A DNA stretch of 64,000 bases. Source: a virus (lineage: Duplodnaviria; Caudoviricetes). The notes under the pieces are model-generated. The model searched no databases and was not told where the DNA came from. It saw nothing but the letters and a program-made list of their open reading frames with translations. Positions 53,393 through 62,604 of this stretch are shown here, piece after piece; position 1 is the first letter of the stretch, and the number at the start of each line of letters is the position of its first letter. Made by a program: the position numbers and the translations under genes. The stretch covers positions 4,641-68,640 of the IMG/VR virus record IMGVR_UViG_2795386114_000004; one strand, 5' to 3'.

Positions 53393-54472
53393 ATGGCCAC
53401 ACCGCTCACCGCGGACCAGCTGGTCGCCGCGCTGCTCGCTGAGGGCTGCACCGTGCACCAGGTCAGCAACTGGCGGACCCACAATCGCAACAGCCGCGGA
53501 GCGTGGGGGCCGGTCAATGGCGTGATGAACCACCACACCGCCACCGGCCCCAACGTCGACATCGTCGACATGATCTACGGCGGTCGCAGCGACCTTCCCG
53601 GGCCGCTGGCAACCGGCTGCATCACCAAGAACGGCGTCGTCCACCTCGTCGCCAATGGCCGCGCTAACCACGCCGGTGGCGGCGACCCGAACGTGCTGGC
53701 CGCCGTGCGCAACGAGTCGTACGGCGACCGGCCGCCCGCCACCCACCAGCACGAGGGCTCCGCCGGAGCGGTCGACGGCAACAGCCACTTCTACGGCTTC
53801 GAGTGCGAGAACGAGGGCGACGGCAAGGACCCGTGGCCCCGGGTGCAGTACGTGGCCATGGTCAAGGCCAACGCCGGGATCTGCCGCGCGCACGGCTGGA
53901 GCCACAAGAGCGCGATCGGCCACCTGGAGTGGAGCGACTGGAAGCCCGACCCGCGCGGCTTCGACATGAAGAACTTCCGCCAGGACCTCGCCGACTGCCT
54001 CGCGCTCCCGCCAGGCCAGTGGGCAAGCACGCAAGGAGGCGACGACCACATGCCCCTCTACGTCAACCTCGGCCTCGACGACCCCGTGACGCTACAGCCC
54101 GGCGCGGACTGGGACGCCATCGAGTTCACCGCCGAGTGGACCGACGAACCCGGCGACCACGCCACCGACGGCTCCGTCTTCGTCCGTGGCCCGGCCCGCT
54201 TCACCGGCGAACTCACCCTCGCCATCACCGGGCTCCCGACCGGGCGCGAGCTCCAGGTTCGCCAGTCCGAGTGCGACTCCGCCGGCGCCTACGTCCAGGA
54301 CCACCCCGTCGGCGAGGTCATCGGCACCGGCGGCACCAGCTTCGCGAAGGTCCCCGTCACCGGCCGCGTCGACTCCGGCCGCCAGATGCGGATCCGCGTG
54401 AAGGCCTTCGAGACCACACCGGTGACGATCACGAGCGCCGTGCTGAAGGTGCTCGTCTGGAAGGAGAGCTGA
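53393..54472 (+). CDS. Endolysin, N-acetylmuramoyl-L-alanine amidase (Amidase_2) plus C-terminal domain
   Basis: VMNHHTA, GRANHAG, FYGFECEN, IGHLEW..KPDP. Confidence 0.92.
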   Translation: MATPLTADQLVAALLAEGCTVHQVSNWRTHNRNSRGAWGPVNGVMNHHTATGPNVDIVDMIYGGRSDLPGPLATGCITKNGVVHLVANGRANHAGGGDPNVLAAVRNESYGDRPPATHQHEGSAGAVDGNSHFYGFECENEGDGKDPWPRVQYVAMVKANAGICRAHGWSHKSAIGHLEWSDWKPDPRGFDMKNFRQDLADCLALPPGQWASTQGGDDHMPLYVNLGLDDPVTLQPGADWDAIEFTAEWTDEPGDHATDGSVFVRGPARFTGELTLAITGLPTGRELQVRQSECDSAGAYVQDHPVGEVIGTGGTSFAKVPVTGRVDSGRQMRIRVKAFETTPVTITSAVLKVLVWKES

Positions 54473-54475
54473 CCC

Positions 54476-54682
54476 ATGAAGGTGTCCCGCTACTGGAAGG
54501 CCATCGTCTCCGGCATGGCGGCCGGTACCGCTTCGCTGGCGACCGCGCTGAACGACGGCACCGTGACGGCCGGCGAAGGCGTCACCGTTGCCCTGGCCGT
54601 GCTCGGTGCGCTGGGCGTCACCTGGGCTGTGCCGAACCGGCCGAAGCAGCAGCCTCCGATCGCCGTCACTCCGGAGGCCTGA
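54476..54682 (+). CDS. Holin
   Basis: 68 aa, two TM, YWKAIV..GVTWAVPN; after the lysin. Confidence 0.8.
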   Translation: MKVSRYWKAIVSGMAAGTASLATALNDGTVTAGEGVTVALAVLGALGVTWAVPNRPKQQPPIAVTPEA

Positions 54683-54719
54683 CGCTGCCCCATGAGCGCG
54701 CTGGCGGGGAGGTGGGGGC

Positions 54720-55007
54720 GTGGACGCGGCCATGGTGACGGCGATCGCGGCGCTGATCGCTGGGCCCGTGGCCGCGGTCGCCGCCATGTACGGCTCGCGC
54801 GGCGCGACCAGGGCAGCCCGGGAGGGCACCGTCGTGACCGGATTTAACTCACTCACCGACCAGCTCCAAGAAGAGCGCGCCAACCTGCGTAGCGAAAACG
54901 CGACGCTGAGCAGCGAAAACGCGACTCTGCGCACTGAGCTCGCCGCGAAGGACCTGGAAATCGCACGCTTGCGGCTCCTGCTGGAGCAACGGGGGAGTAC
55001 GCCGTGA
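54720..55007 (+). CDS. Lysis-region TM plus coiled-coil protein
   Basis: GGGGAGG RBS; N-terminal TM, heptads (SENATL twice). Confidence 0.75.
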   Translation: MDAAMVTAIAALIAGPVAAVAAMYGSRGATRAAREGTVVTGFNSLTDQLQEERANLRSENATLSSENATLRTELAAKDLEIARLRLLLEQRGSTP

Positions 55008-55690
55008 CGCGCACGCAGAACGTGCTGTACCGGGCTCGGCATCTCCTGTGGGCTCTGGCGATCCTGCTGTTCCTGGGCGGCGCGGCCGCCGTGTCGTGGC
55101 TGCTCGTCGACCGGGCGCAGCTCGCCGACCAGCTGGCGCGCGAGGCGGACCTGCGCGGGACCGCAGTATCGACGTTGGCCGGGGACGTGCGGGCCCTCAG
55201 GGAGCAGGTCCGGCAGGAAGGCGCGACGCCGGTCGCGCCGGACCCCACGAAGGCAGTCGAGGACCTCCCGGCCCGCAGCGAGGTACCGGTACCGATCCCC
55301 GGACCTCCCGGACCGCCCGGCCCTTCGGGTTCAGCCGGTCCGTCAGGTGTCCCCGGTCAGCGGGGCGCCGACGGCAAGACCGGGGCGAGTGGCGTGCCGG
55401 GGGCCGTTGGACCCTCAGGCCCCGCAGGACCGTCGGGGGCTCCCGGCGAGAGGGGCCTCGCTGGGCCGCCCGGGCCCGCCGGCCAGGATGGCGCGGACGG
55501 CGCGGACGGCCGAGACGGAACCAACGGCCGGGATGGACAGACGTGCCCTGACGGGTATTCCCTCCAGGCGCCCGACTACGACCCGGCCGCCCTGGTCTGC
55601 CGCAAGGACGGTGCCCCGCAGCCCGGGGACAGCGAGTCCCCCTCTCCACTCGCCCTCGCTCTGGACCCGCAGCGCCGCCAGTACGCCTGA
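55004..55690 (+). CDS. Membrane-anchored collagen-like protein
   Basis: N-terminal TM; long Gly-X-Y run; TCPDGY..LVCR. Confidence 0.85.
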   Translation: MTRTQNVLYRARHLLWALAILLFLGGAAAVSWLLVDRAQLADQLAREADLRGTAVSTLAGDVRALREQVRQEGATPVAPDPTKAVEDLPARSEVPVPIPGPPGPPGPSGSAGPSGVPGQRGADGKTGASGVPGAVGPSGPAGPSGAPGERGLAGPPGPAGQDGADGADGRDGTNGRDGQTCPDGYSLQAPDYDPAALVCRKDGAPQPGDSESPSPLALALDPQRRQYA

Positions 55691-55705
55691 CCCAGCGACA
55701 ATGCA

Positions 55706-55735
55706 CCCCACCGCCTTCGGGCGGCGGGGATTTTT
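55706..55735 (+). terminator. Rho-independent terminator ending the late operon
   Basis: CCCCACCGCC-TTCG(G)-GGCGGCGGGG followed by ATTTTT. Confidence 0.8.
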
Positions 55736-55825
55736 CGTTTCTCCGGTACGACATACCACTCACACGGGCGGCGCATCCGGGGAAACCCCTGATCACGCCC
55801 CGCCACGTGCAGCTATCAACAGCAC

Positions 55826-56485
55826 ATGCTCAACGCCATGTTGCGCGGCCTGGCTGCCGCCGCCCTCGCCGTCCTGCCCTTCACCGCCTCCCCGCCCGCC
55901 CATGCCGCAGAGACCCTGCCGCTGAGCGAAGCCGTCGCAAGCCTGCCCCTCGGGATCGAGTCCCGCGACGGCTACAGCCGCGACAGCTTCCGCCACTGGA
56001 ACGCCGGCGACAACCCGTCCGACGGCTGCAACACCCGAGCCGAGGTGCTGAGCCACGAGGCTGTCGAACCGCCCACCGTTGGCCCCGGCTGCCGTCTGAC
56101 GGGCGGAAGCTGGTGGTCCTACTACGACGCGACCTGGGTGACGTCCGCCTCAGGCCTCGACATCGACCACATGGTGCCCCTCGCCGAGGCGTGGGACAGC
56201 GGCGCATCGGCCTGGACCCCACAGCGCCGCGAGCGGTACGCCAACGACCAGGGCGCCGAACAGTCCCTGGTCGCCGTCACCGCCAGATCGAACCGAAGCA
56301 AGTCCGACCAGGACCCCGCCGAATGGTTGCCGCCGGCCGCCGACGTGCACTGCCGCTATGTGGCTGAGTGGGTGGGCACGAAGCTCCGCTGGGGCCTGGC
56401 TGCCGACGAAGTTGAGCTGGGCGCCCTGGAGAACGTGGCCGCGGCCTGCCCGGACCAGACAGTGACGTACGAGCCCGCCACGTAG
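55826..56485 (+). CDS. Secreted HNH nuclease (DUF1524 family)
   Basis: Signal peptide ..PAHA; GYSRDSF, CNTR, LDIDHMVPLAEAW, LVAVTARSNRSKSDQDPAEWLP. Confidence 0.9.
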   Translation: MLNAMLRGLAAAALAVLPFTASPPAHAAETLPLSEAVASLPLGIESRDGYSRDSFRHWNAGDNPSDGCNTRAEVLSHEAVEPPTVGPGCRLTGGSWWSYYDATWVTSASGLDIDHMVPLAEAWDSGASAWTPQRRERYANDQGAEQSLVAVTARSNRSKSDQDPAEWLPPAADVHCRYVAEWVGTKLRWGLAADEVELGALENVAAACPDQTVTYEPAT

Positions 56486-56495
56486 GAGAACCGCC

Positions 56496-56531
56496 ATGCC
56501 CCCGCCGCCCGAAGGCGGCGGGGGCATTTTT
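56496..56531. terminator. Rho-independent terminator
   Basis: ATGCCCCCGCCGCC-CGAA-GGCGGCGGGGGCAT then TTTT. Confidence 0.8.
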
Positions 56532-57240
56532 CACGTCCCAGGGGTTGCGCGCTCTGGACGCTATGAGGGAAGGTGACGGCCCTGCCCCCTTCAACTCCCC
56601 AGGTGGAAGCGGTGGCGCTGCCCCTGCTGACTCCCGAGCAGCAGGGGCTTAACCGTGCGCGCTCAGCCTGCCCAGCCGACGTCGTGCACCTCGATCCCAG
56701 CGGCGCTGCGCGCTGGCCATCGCCCACCCCGGACAGTCCGTCCCGCCCAGGTTCAGTTGAGGAAGGCGGCGACGGCACTGGCCACGGCGGTGGCGAGGGT
56801 GATGACTGCGGCGAAGGTGGTGGCGGCGCGAGTGAGGGCAGGGTAGATGGCGCCGCCCAGGGCTTGATGCCGAGAAGCTGCGGCTCCCGGGCCTACGTCG
56901 CTCTTTTTTCGGCGAGAACTGCTGGGACCCCGTTATGGGTGGGGAGATCACGGAGCAGGTGTGGGGTCACCTCGAGCAAGGGGTGGCCGTTCACAACAAG
57001 CCCCATCAGCATCCCGCGAAGCCGAGCGGGACTGATCGTTCGGAAGGTCAGGACCACCACCTTGGCCTTGCCCGGCCGGAATCGCGGCCCTGAGCGCGAC
57101 TCGCCCACCGCCAACGGCAGTGTCACCCGAACGGCCTACATGCTCCCGCATCCAGCAAGCGCCGTTCGCCCGCCCGGACCAGTCTGGCCAGGAGTCTGCG
57201 CCACCGCATTCCCGTGATCACTGCTCCATCGGGAGGCGTC

Positions 57241-57378
57241 ATGGTCGTGATTGTTCTGCTCCTGCCGGTGATGCTCGTGCTCATGCTGTTCGGGCTGGAT
57301 GCCCTGGAGAACTTCTTGTTCCCCCAGCTCCCCGACCGATCCCCAACCGACGCAGGAGAACATTCGAAACCGCTCTGA
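57241..57378 (+). CDS. Small single-TM protein (45 aa)
   Basis: GGGAGG RBS; MVVIVLLLPVMLVLMLFGLDALENFLFP.. Confidence 0.55.
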   Translation: MVVIVLLLPVMLVLMLFGLDALENFLFPQLPDRSPTDAGEHSKPL

Positions 57379-57433
57379 CCTGCGTCATCAACCCTGCTGG
57401 GTAAACGCGCAGCGCAACCCTTGAAACAGGCAT

Positions 57434-57937
57434 TCAAGCCTCGTCTGCTTCCTGATCTGGGTGAACGTTGCCGAGGTCAACTGACTCGACGGTGATCTGA
57501 GCAAGGGCGTCCTGGAGTCGGCGGACGGCATCCTCCGCCTCCGCGTATTCCTCAGGACTGGAGAGGACAGTGCCGAAGGTGCCGCCGCCCTCAGATGGCA
57601 GGGCGCGCCAGCGCAGGACCGGTTCGAGCCCGTTGAGAGCACCGGAGAGAAACCAGGCCAGGCGGCCGTGAGTGCGCGCGAGCGAGATGGCCAGCACGGC
57701 GAGAGTCTCCCGCAGGTGTTCGAGCCGCTTGATCTGCGGCAGGGCCTCCTGGACGTCCTGTGGGCCGACAACGTCGCGCAGGCGGGCCTCGGTCTCAAGA
57801 GCGAGTACGCGGTCGCTCGGCGCGAGTTTCCACACCTGGTCTTGGATCTGCTGTTCGGCTTCCTCCGCCAGTACTGCGACGATTCTCCGCATGTCCATGC
57901 GGATCACTCTAAATGAATGGATCCCGCCGCCCGACAC
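57434..57937 (-). CDS. Hypothetical protein (start may be at MDMRR, about 57898)
   Basis: Helical ORF with good codon bias. Confidence 0.65.
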   Translation of the reverse strand: MSGGGIHSFRVIRMDMRRIVAVLAEEAEQQIQDQVWKLAPSDRVLALETEARLRDVVGPQDVQEALPQIKRLEHLRETLAVLAISLARTHGRLAWFLSGALNGLEPVLRWRALPSEGGGTFGTVLSSPEEYAEAEDAVRRLQDALAQITVESVDLGNVHPDQEADEA

Positions 57938-58052
57938 GACCGTGTTCGACTTCTGACCTGGGCTAACAATGTGCCACGGATTCGAAACAGGTGTGCACGG
58001 TTCTCCCAGGGTGTGTGCTGGGCGGCAATGTAGCGGGCTGACCGCTGGGTCG

Positions 58053-58391
58053 CTACCCGTCGAGGTAGCCGAGCTTGCTGTCCGGTCGGCATGCCCCGCA
58101 GGCCTTCACGCCGTCAGCGAGGGCCCGTAGTGCGTCGTCACGGCTGATGTCCCGGCGCCGCTTTCCGGAGTTCCAGCAGTCGCCGACGTGAAGCTGCACC
58201 GGTGGCGCGGACCGGTTGAGGCCGAGTTCGAGGAGCCAGTCGGGCGGTGCTGGCCGGGCTTGCTCGCCGCGCTGCCGCTCGGCCTCCCGGCGCTCTGCGT
58301 CCGCGATCTGCCGCTGGACCCGGTCGAGGGTGTAGAGGAGCCAGGTCTCCAGGGTGCGGAGACGCGGCAGATCCGGCGGCAAGTCGTTCAC
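58053..58391 (-). CDS. DUF6233-like protein
   Basis: DLPPDLPRLRTLETWL..PPDWLLE..HVGDCW..ACGACRPD. Confidence 0.8.
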   Translation of the reverse strand: MNDLPPDLPRLRTLETWLLYTLDRVQRQIADAERREAERQRGEQARPAPPDWLLELGLNRSAPPVQLHVGDCWNSGKRRRDISRDDALRALADGVKACGACRPDSKLGYLDG

Positions 58392-58399
58392 ATGTTCGA
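58384..58399. promoter_or_regulatory. Degenerate actinobacterial LexA (SOS) box overlapping the DUF6233 start
   Basis: TCGTTC-ACAT-GTTCGA versus TCGAAC-N4-GTTCGA; minus-strand TACAAT -10 adjacent. Confidence 0.5.
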
Positions 58400-58510
58400 T
58401 TGTATGAGGTGGGCTGCGGCGGCGGAGTGCGGGGACGGGCGCACTGTGCCAGTGGATCTTGAACGGGTAGTCGGTTAGCGGGTGGCCCGTCGTTGCGCTT
58501 GCATACCAGG

Positions 58511-59065
58511 TCACGCCGCAGTGCCATGGGGTGACGACTCCATGGGTGCGGTCGTGAGGTCGGCCAGCTGCCATGTGGGGTGCACCGTGAGGCGCGGGGC
58601 AGAGCCATGCTCGACCGTCTGGAGGTCAACCGCACCGTCGGCCTGCGGGACGCTGCCCTTGGTTCGAAGCGCGCCCTCTTGTGGCGGCAGAAAGTCCGTG
58701 TTGATCTCGCGGGCAAGGGCCTGGGACATCATGTCCCGGCGGATACAGAAGGTGTAGTGCTTACGGTCCCGGCTTACCTTGACAGCGAAGGTGCGGAGCG
58801 GCAGCAAGGCAGGTTCCACGAGTTCATACTGGGTGCGGAATTCTGGCTCAGCGGCCGCCAGCTCGGGGCGCAACTCGAACGCGTCCGTGCTGGACAGGTG
58901 CCGAAAGTACTCGTCCAGATCCCGCAGCAGCTCGGGGTGAATGTGGCCAGCGAGGATCAGCTGGTCGGTGCGGATACTGCTGGAAGCGTGTGTCCAAGAC
59001 GTGAGTATCAGGTGCGCATCCGGCAGTTTATCGGCGATCGCCCACGAGGCCCTGAATCTTGGCAT
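58511..59065 (-). CDS. Hypothetical protein
   Basis: MPRFRASWAIADKLP.., 184 aa. Confidence 0.55.
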   Translation of the reverse strand: MPRFRASWAIADKLPDAHLILTSWTHASSSIRTDQLILAGHIHPELLRDLDEYFRHLSSTDAFELRPELAAAEPEFRTQYELVEPALLPLRTFAVKVSRDRKHYTFCIRRDMMSQALAREINTDFLPPQEGALRTKGSVPQADGAVDLQTVEHGSAPRLTVHPTWQLADLTTAPMESSPHGTAA

Positions 59066-59188
59066 ACGCCTCACATTGCGCCACTCGGGGCGGCTTGTCC
59101 AGGTGGGCGCCACCCGGGCGAAACCTCTCGCTTCCGCCGTAGGCACTCCACAGATCTAAGCGCAGGGCCGACCCCCTAGGCTGCCAGG

Positions 59189-59830
59189 GTGATTGAGACC
59201 ATCGTGTTCGACGTCGGCGAGACGATCACCAGGGACGACCGCTACTGGGCGTCCTGGGCCGACTGGCTGGAAGTCCCCCGACACACCATCTCCGCGCTGG
59301 TTGGGGCGGTCGTGGCCCGAGGCCAGGACAATGCGGAGGCGCTGCGCCTCGCTCGCCCAGGCCTCGATGTGGCCTCCGAGTACCACGCCCGGGAGGCCGC
59401 CGGCCGGGGCGAGCAACTCGAAGAGAGCGACCTCTACGAAGACGTGCGCCCGGCCCTTTCTGAGCTTCGCGAGCTCAGCATTCGCGTGATCATCGCCGGG
59501 AACCAGACAGCGCGCGCCGGTGAGCTGCTGAGGGATCTGGATCTGCCCGCCGACCTGATCGTGACCTCCGGGGACTGGGGCGTTGCGAAGCCGCAGCCGG
59601 AGTTCTTCGAGCGCGTTCTGGAGGTGGCGCAGGCCGCGCCACGACACACGCTGTACGTCGGTGACCACCCCGCGAACGACATCTTCCCGGCGCGGGCGGC
59701 CGGGCTGCGTGTCGCGCACATCCGGCGAGGCCCGTGGGGGCACCTCTGGGCAGAGGACCCGGATGTCGTGGCGGCGGCGGACTGGCGGATCGACACTCTC
59801 ATGCAACTCGCGTCGATCGCCGGGAGCTGA
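59189..59830 (+). CDS. HAD-superfamily hydrolase
   Basis: FDVGET, AGN, AKPQPEFF, YVGDHPAND. Confidence 0.92.
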   Translation: MIETIVFDVGETITRDDRYWASWADWLEVPRHTISALVGAVVARGQDNAEALRLARPGLDVASEYHAREAAGRGEQLEESDLYEDVRPALSELRELSIRVIIAGNQTARAGELLRDLDLPADLIVTSGDWGVAKPQPEFFERVLEVAQAAPRHTLYVGDHPANDIFPARAAGLRVAHIRRGPWGHLWAEDPDVVAAADWRIDTLMQLASIAGS

Positions 59831-59929
59831 CACGGAGGAGGCCCCGCCGTCAACCAGTGGGGCCCTTTGCATACACACAGCGTCTCGGCGCCGGTACCGT
59901 TCGGAGTGGACGCCCGAACTGGAGCCAGC

Positions 59930-61117
59930 ATGCCTGCACTTGCCAGCGGTGGAGTAGGCAGAAGGATCGCCTACTACCGCAGCGTCGTCCGCCCGAAGAT
60001 GACGCAACAGGAACTCGCCGACGCCGCCTGTGTAGCGCTTGGCACCATCCGCAAGGTCGAGCGTGGTGAGCGTGGTGTCAGCGAGACCACGCTCGAAGCC
60101 ATCGCTGGCGCCCTCGGCGTCGACCCTGCGCGCCTTCGGGCGGATCGGGGCCCCGCCCACACCGCCGTCCACGATGCGCTGCCCGCCCTGTCTGCCGCCA
60201 TCGCCGCGTACGACATGCCAGCGGACGGTCCGATTCGCCCCCTGCACGAACTCCGGGCGGCCGTCGACCAGGCGGTCGGCTGGCGACTGGCGGCGATGTA
60301 CACGCACATCGTTCAAACGCTCCCCGATCTTCTGGAAGAACTCGGCCGCGCCTACCACGAGGCCGCCTCCCACGAGCGTCCCGAGCTCGCTCAGCTGCTG
60401 GTAAGCGCCTACCGCTCAGCGGATGCAGTCGCCTACAAGTTCGGCGCCCGGGATCTGTCCGCGCGCTTGGTCGAACTCATGCGGTGGGCCACCCCAGAGG
60501 CCGGTGATCCGCTTCTTGCCGCGGCCGTCGCGTACGTACGCACCGAAACCTTCTTCGCGGCACGCGCCCACACGGCCGGACTGCGCGCCCTGGAAGAAGC
60601 CATCGACGCTGCCCCAGCGCCTCTCACAGCCTCAGAGATTGCTGCGAGAGGCGCCCTCCACATGAGGGCAGCAGTCATCGCCGGCCGCGCTCGCGATGCA
60701 GATGCGGCGGACACTCATCTCGCTGAGGCGCTGACCCTCGGGGAGCAGGTAACGGAAGGCGTCTACAACGGCACGGCCTTCGGCCCCGACTCCGTGCGCA
60801 TTCACGAGGTGTCAGTCGCCGTGAGCCTCGGCAACGAACACGTGGGGCGCGCCCTCGACGTCGCCGCAGAGTGGAAGCCGCCACTCAATTTGCCCGCCGA
60901 GCGGCGATCCTCCTTCTACATCGAACTGGCCCGCGCCCAACTCTGGTCCGGGCTCGCAGACGACGCCTTCGAGTCCTTGAAGGTCGCCCGTAGCATCGCC
61001 CCGCAGCACACCCGGGAGCACCGATGGGTTCGCGAGGACTCGGGCACACTGCGCCGACTCAAGCGCGCCGACGTTGAATCGCTCACCAACTTCGCGGAGT
61101 GGTGCGCCGCTACCTGA
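59930..61117 (+). CDS. XRE-family HTH regulator with TPR-like C-terminal domain
   Basis: MTQQELADAACVALGTIRKVERG; TAFGP..VRIHEVS; IELARA..APQHTR. Confidence 0.88.
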   Translation: MPALASGGVGRRIAYYRSVVRPKMTQQELADAACVALGTIRKVERGERGVSETTLEAIAGALGVDPARLRADRGPAHTAVHDALPALSAAIAAYDMPADGPIRPLHELRAAVDQAVGWRLAAMYTHIVQTLPDLLEELGRAYHEAASHERPELAQLLVSAYRSADAVAYKFGARDLSARLVELMRWATPEAGDPLLAAAVAYVRTETFFAARAHTAGLRALEEAIDAAPAPLTASEIAARGALHMRAAVIAGRARDADAADTHLAEALTLGEQVTEGVYNGTAFGPDSVRIHEVSVAVSLGNEHVGRALDVAAEWKPPLNLPAERRSSFYIELARAQLWSGLADDAFESLKVARSIAPQHTREHRWVREDSGTLRRLKRADVESLTNFAEWCAAT

Positions 61118-61199
61118 GCCAACACCCCGACTACCCCTGGCTGGGGTACTTGTGGGGTTCGTTTGCCCCCACCATCTGTCACACGCGTAGGACCAGCAG

Positions 61200-61403
61200 A
61201 TGGGACCGGGGATGCCAGACGCACTCCCGCTCACGCCGACAGTCATCGACGGCCGCGTGAGCATCGCTCGACTGCACGGCGAGGCCTGCTTCGACTGTGG
61301 CGCCGTCGCCAAGAACCTGCGCGTGGCCGGACACATCGTCGTCCGTGGCAGTACCCGCGTGTGGGAGATCGTCACGTGCGGATGCCGAAGGACGGCGGCA
61401 TAA
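61200..61403 (+). CDS. Small zinc-ribbon protein
   Basis: GEACFDCG...TCGC. Confidence 0.6.
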   Translation: MGPGMPDALPLTPTVIDGRVSIARLHGEACFDCGAVAKNLRVAGHIVVRGSTRVWEIVTCGCRRTAA

Positions 61404-61480
61404 ATGCCACGCCGAAGCAGACCCCCGCGATCGTGCGACCGATCCGGGGGCGTGGCCAACGCTGCTGAGGAGCGTCAACA

Positions 61481-61651
61481 ATGACGAACGCTACAGGCCT
61501 CGCCGAACAGCGCCCACCCGGCGCGAAGATGACTATCAGGGTGTACACGGTCACGCGCGAGGGCATTGTGACCGCCCCGCGCGCCACGGTGACCGTGCCG
61601 TACAGGACTGTTCCCGCGTGGGAGCCTTTCCGGGCGGGTGCTGCCCGGTGA
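61481..61651 (+). CDS. Small hypothetical protein
   Basis: GAGGAG RBS; MTIRVYTVTREGIVT; stop overlaps the next start. Confidence 0.6.
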   Translation: MTNATGLAEQRPPGAKMTIRVYTVTREGIVTAPRATVTVPYRTVPAWEPFRAGAAR

Positions 61652-62025
61652 GCTGCACGGTGATGACGAGCAACGACACACACCCTCTCGACATCAAGGT
61701 GATGCGGGAGACCGCCGCGATCCTCCTCGAACCCGACGCGGCTCCGGAGGTCCTCGCGCCGCCCCCGACCGAGCTGGAGACGCTCATTCCCCTGCTCCGC
61801 AGTCAGCTGGAGTGGCTCGCCCCGGAAGTCGAGCACGCCGCCGGGAAGCTCGACAAGAACAGCGTCCCCCGCTACTGCGCCCTCGCCTGCGTCGGTGAAG
61901 CCCGCGGGAAGCTCCGTGCCAAGCCGAACCCCGGCCCGGGCGGCGACGCCGCCTACGCCCGCAAGCTCGCGCGCGTCCTCCACGCCCTGTGCGACCACTA
62001 CGAGAACTTCGGCGGTCCGGCATGA
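61648..62025 (+). CDS. DUF6415-like protein
   Basis: PLDIKVMRETA..PRYCALACVGEARGKL..ARKLARVLHALCDHYE. Confidence 0.7.
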   Translation: MSCTVMTSNDTHPLDIKVMRETAAILLEPDAAPEVLAPPPTELETLIPLLRSQLEWLAPEVEHAAGKLDKNSVPRYCALACVGEARGKLRAKPNPGPGGDAAYARKLARVLHALCDHYENFGGPA

Positions 62026-62222
62026 CGGCTCTTCCTTCCGGGTGCCAAGTGGTGAACCCGGATGCTTCCAGCGGCATGCCAGAGGCCCTCGTGTCGGAGA
62101 ACCCGAAACGGCGGGCATGGGCACGCTGGTGCATCCATGCCACGGCCTGCCGGGTTTGCCAGACCAACAGCGCCTTCTGCGAGCGTGGCTAACGGCTGAG
62201 CCGGGTCTACTGGCAGGCCTAG
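62022..62222 (+). pseudogene. Small His/Cys zinc-binding ORF with a probable premature stop at 62190
   Basis: AWARWCIHATACRVC..CERG*RLSRVYWQA; frame continues after TAA. Confidence 0.4.
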
Positions 62223-62459
62223 CTCACCCGGTCCTGAACCACCATCCCAGCCCCGGCTGAGGGGCCCCACGGCGGCCGCTTCGGGTCAGGGCCGCACCCC
62301 ACGACCCCCGCCTTGCCTGTGTCCAAGACCCGGCGAGGCGGGTACGCCCGCCCCGTCGATGGCTCCGGAAGACCGCGGCGGGGCGGGTTCCAGGACGCTC
62401 CCTTCCCTTCGAGGTAGAGGGGCGAGCACGATGAATCCGCAAGAGACAGGGAGAACACC

Positions 62460-62603
62460 ATGAGGGCGGACGTGAACTGCCGGACGGCTGGCGGCGGTGG
62501 CGGGGGCGGTGGAGGTGAAGGCGGCGACGGCCTGCCTGGCCAGCCGTGGCCCGGGCCGCCGGTGCCCCCGTCCCCCGACGGCGGACCGAGGGTCGTCGGC
62601 TGA
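62460..62603 (+). CDS. Putative RiPP precursor peptide (47 aa, Gly-rich, two Asp-Gly motifs)
   Basis: AGGGAG RBS; MRADVNCRTAGGGGGGGGGEGGDGLPGQPWPGPPVPPSPDGGPRVVG; stop 1 nt before the PIMT start. Confidence 0.7.
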   Translation: MRADVNCRTAGGGGGGGGGEGGDGLPGQPWPGPPVPPSPDGGPRVVG

Positions 62604-62604
62604 C

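Larger units (their letters stand above)
1..56531 (+). mobile_element. Temperate HK97-type siphovirus / prophage of an actinomycete (Streptomyces-like); left end outside the window, right boundary uncertain (cargo may extend to the window end)
   Basis: Canonical order HNH-terS-terL-portal-protease-capsid-head/tail-major tail-chaperone-tape measure-tail-lysin-holin; long chains of small ORFs coupled by ATGA/GTGA overlaps; WhiB, HU, DUF5131, DUF932. Confidence 0.95.

Noticed and set aside
55290-55540. Repetitive GC-rich DNA
   Set aside because: Explained by Gly-X-Y collagen coding
56540-57240. Several overlapping ORFs, including a minus-strand fragment ending AIYPALTRAATTFAAVITLATAVASAVAAFLN
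   Set aside because: Looks like a decayed membrane-protein remnant; no start, RBS or consistent codon bias to support a call
62497-62604. Upstream extension of the PIMT ORF
   Set aside because: Overlaps the better-supported precursor peptide ORF; ATG 62605 fits translational coupling
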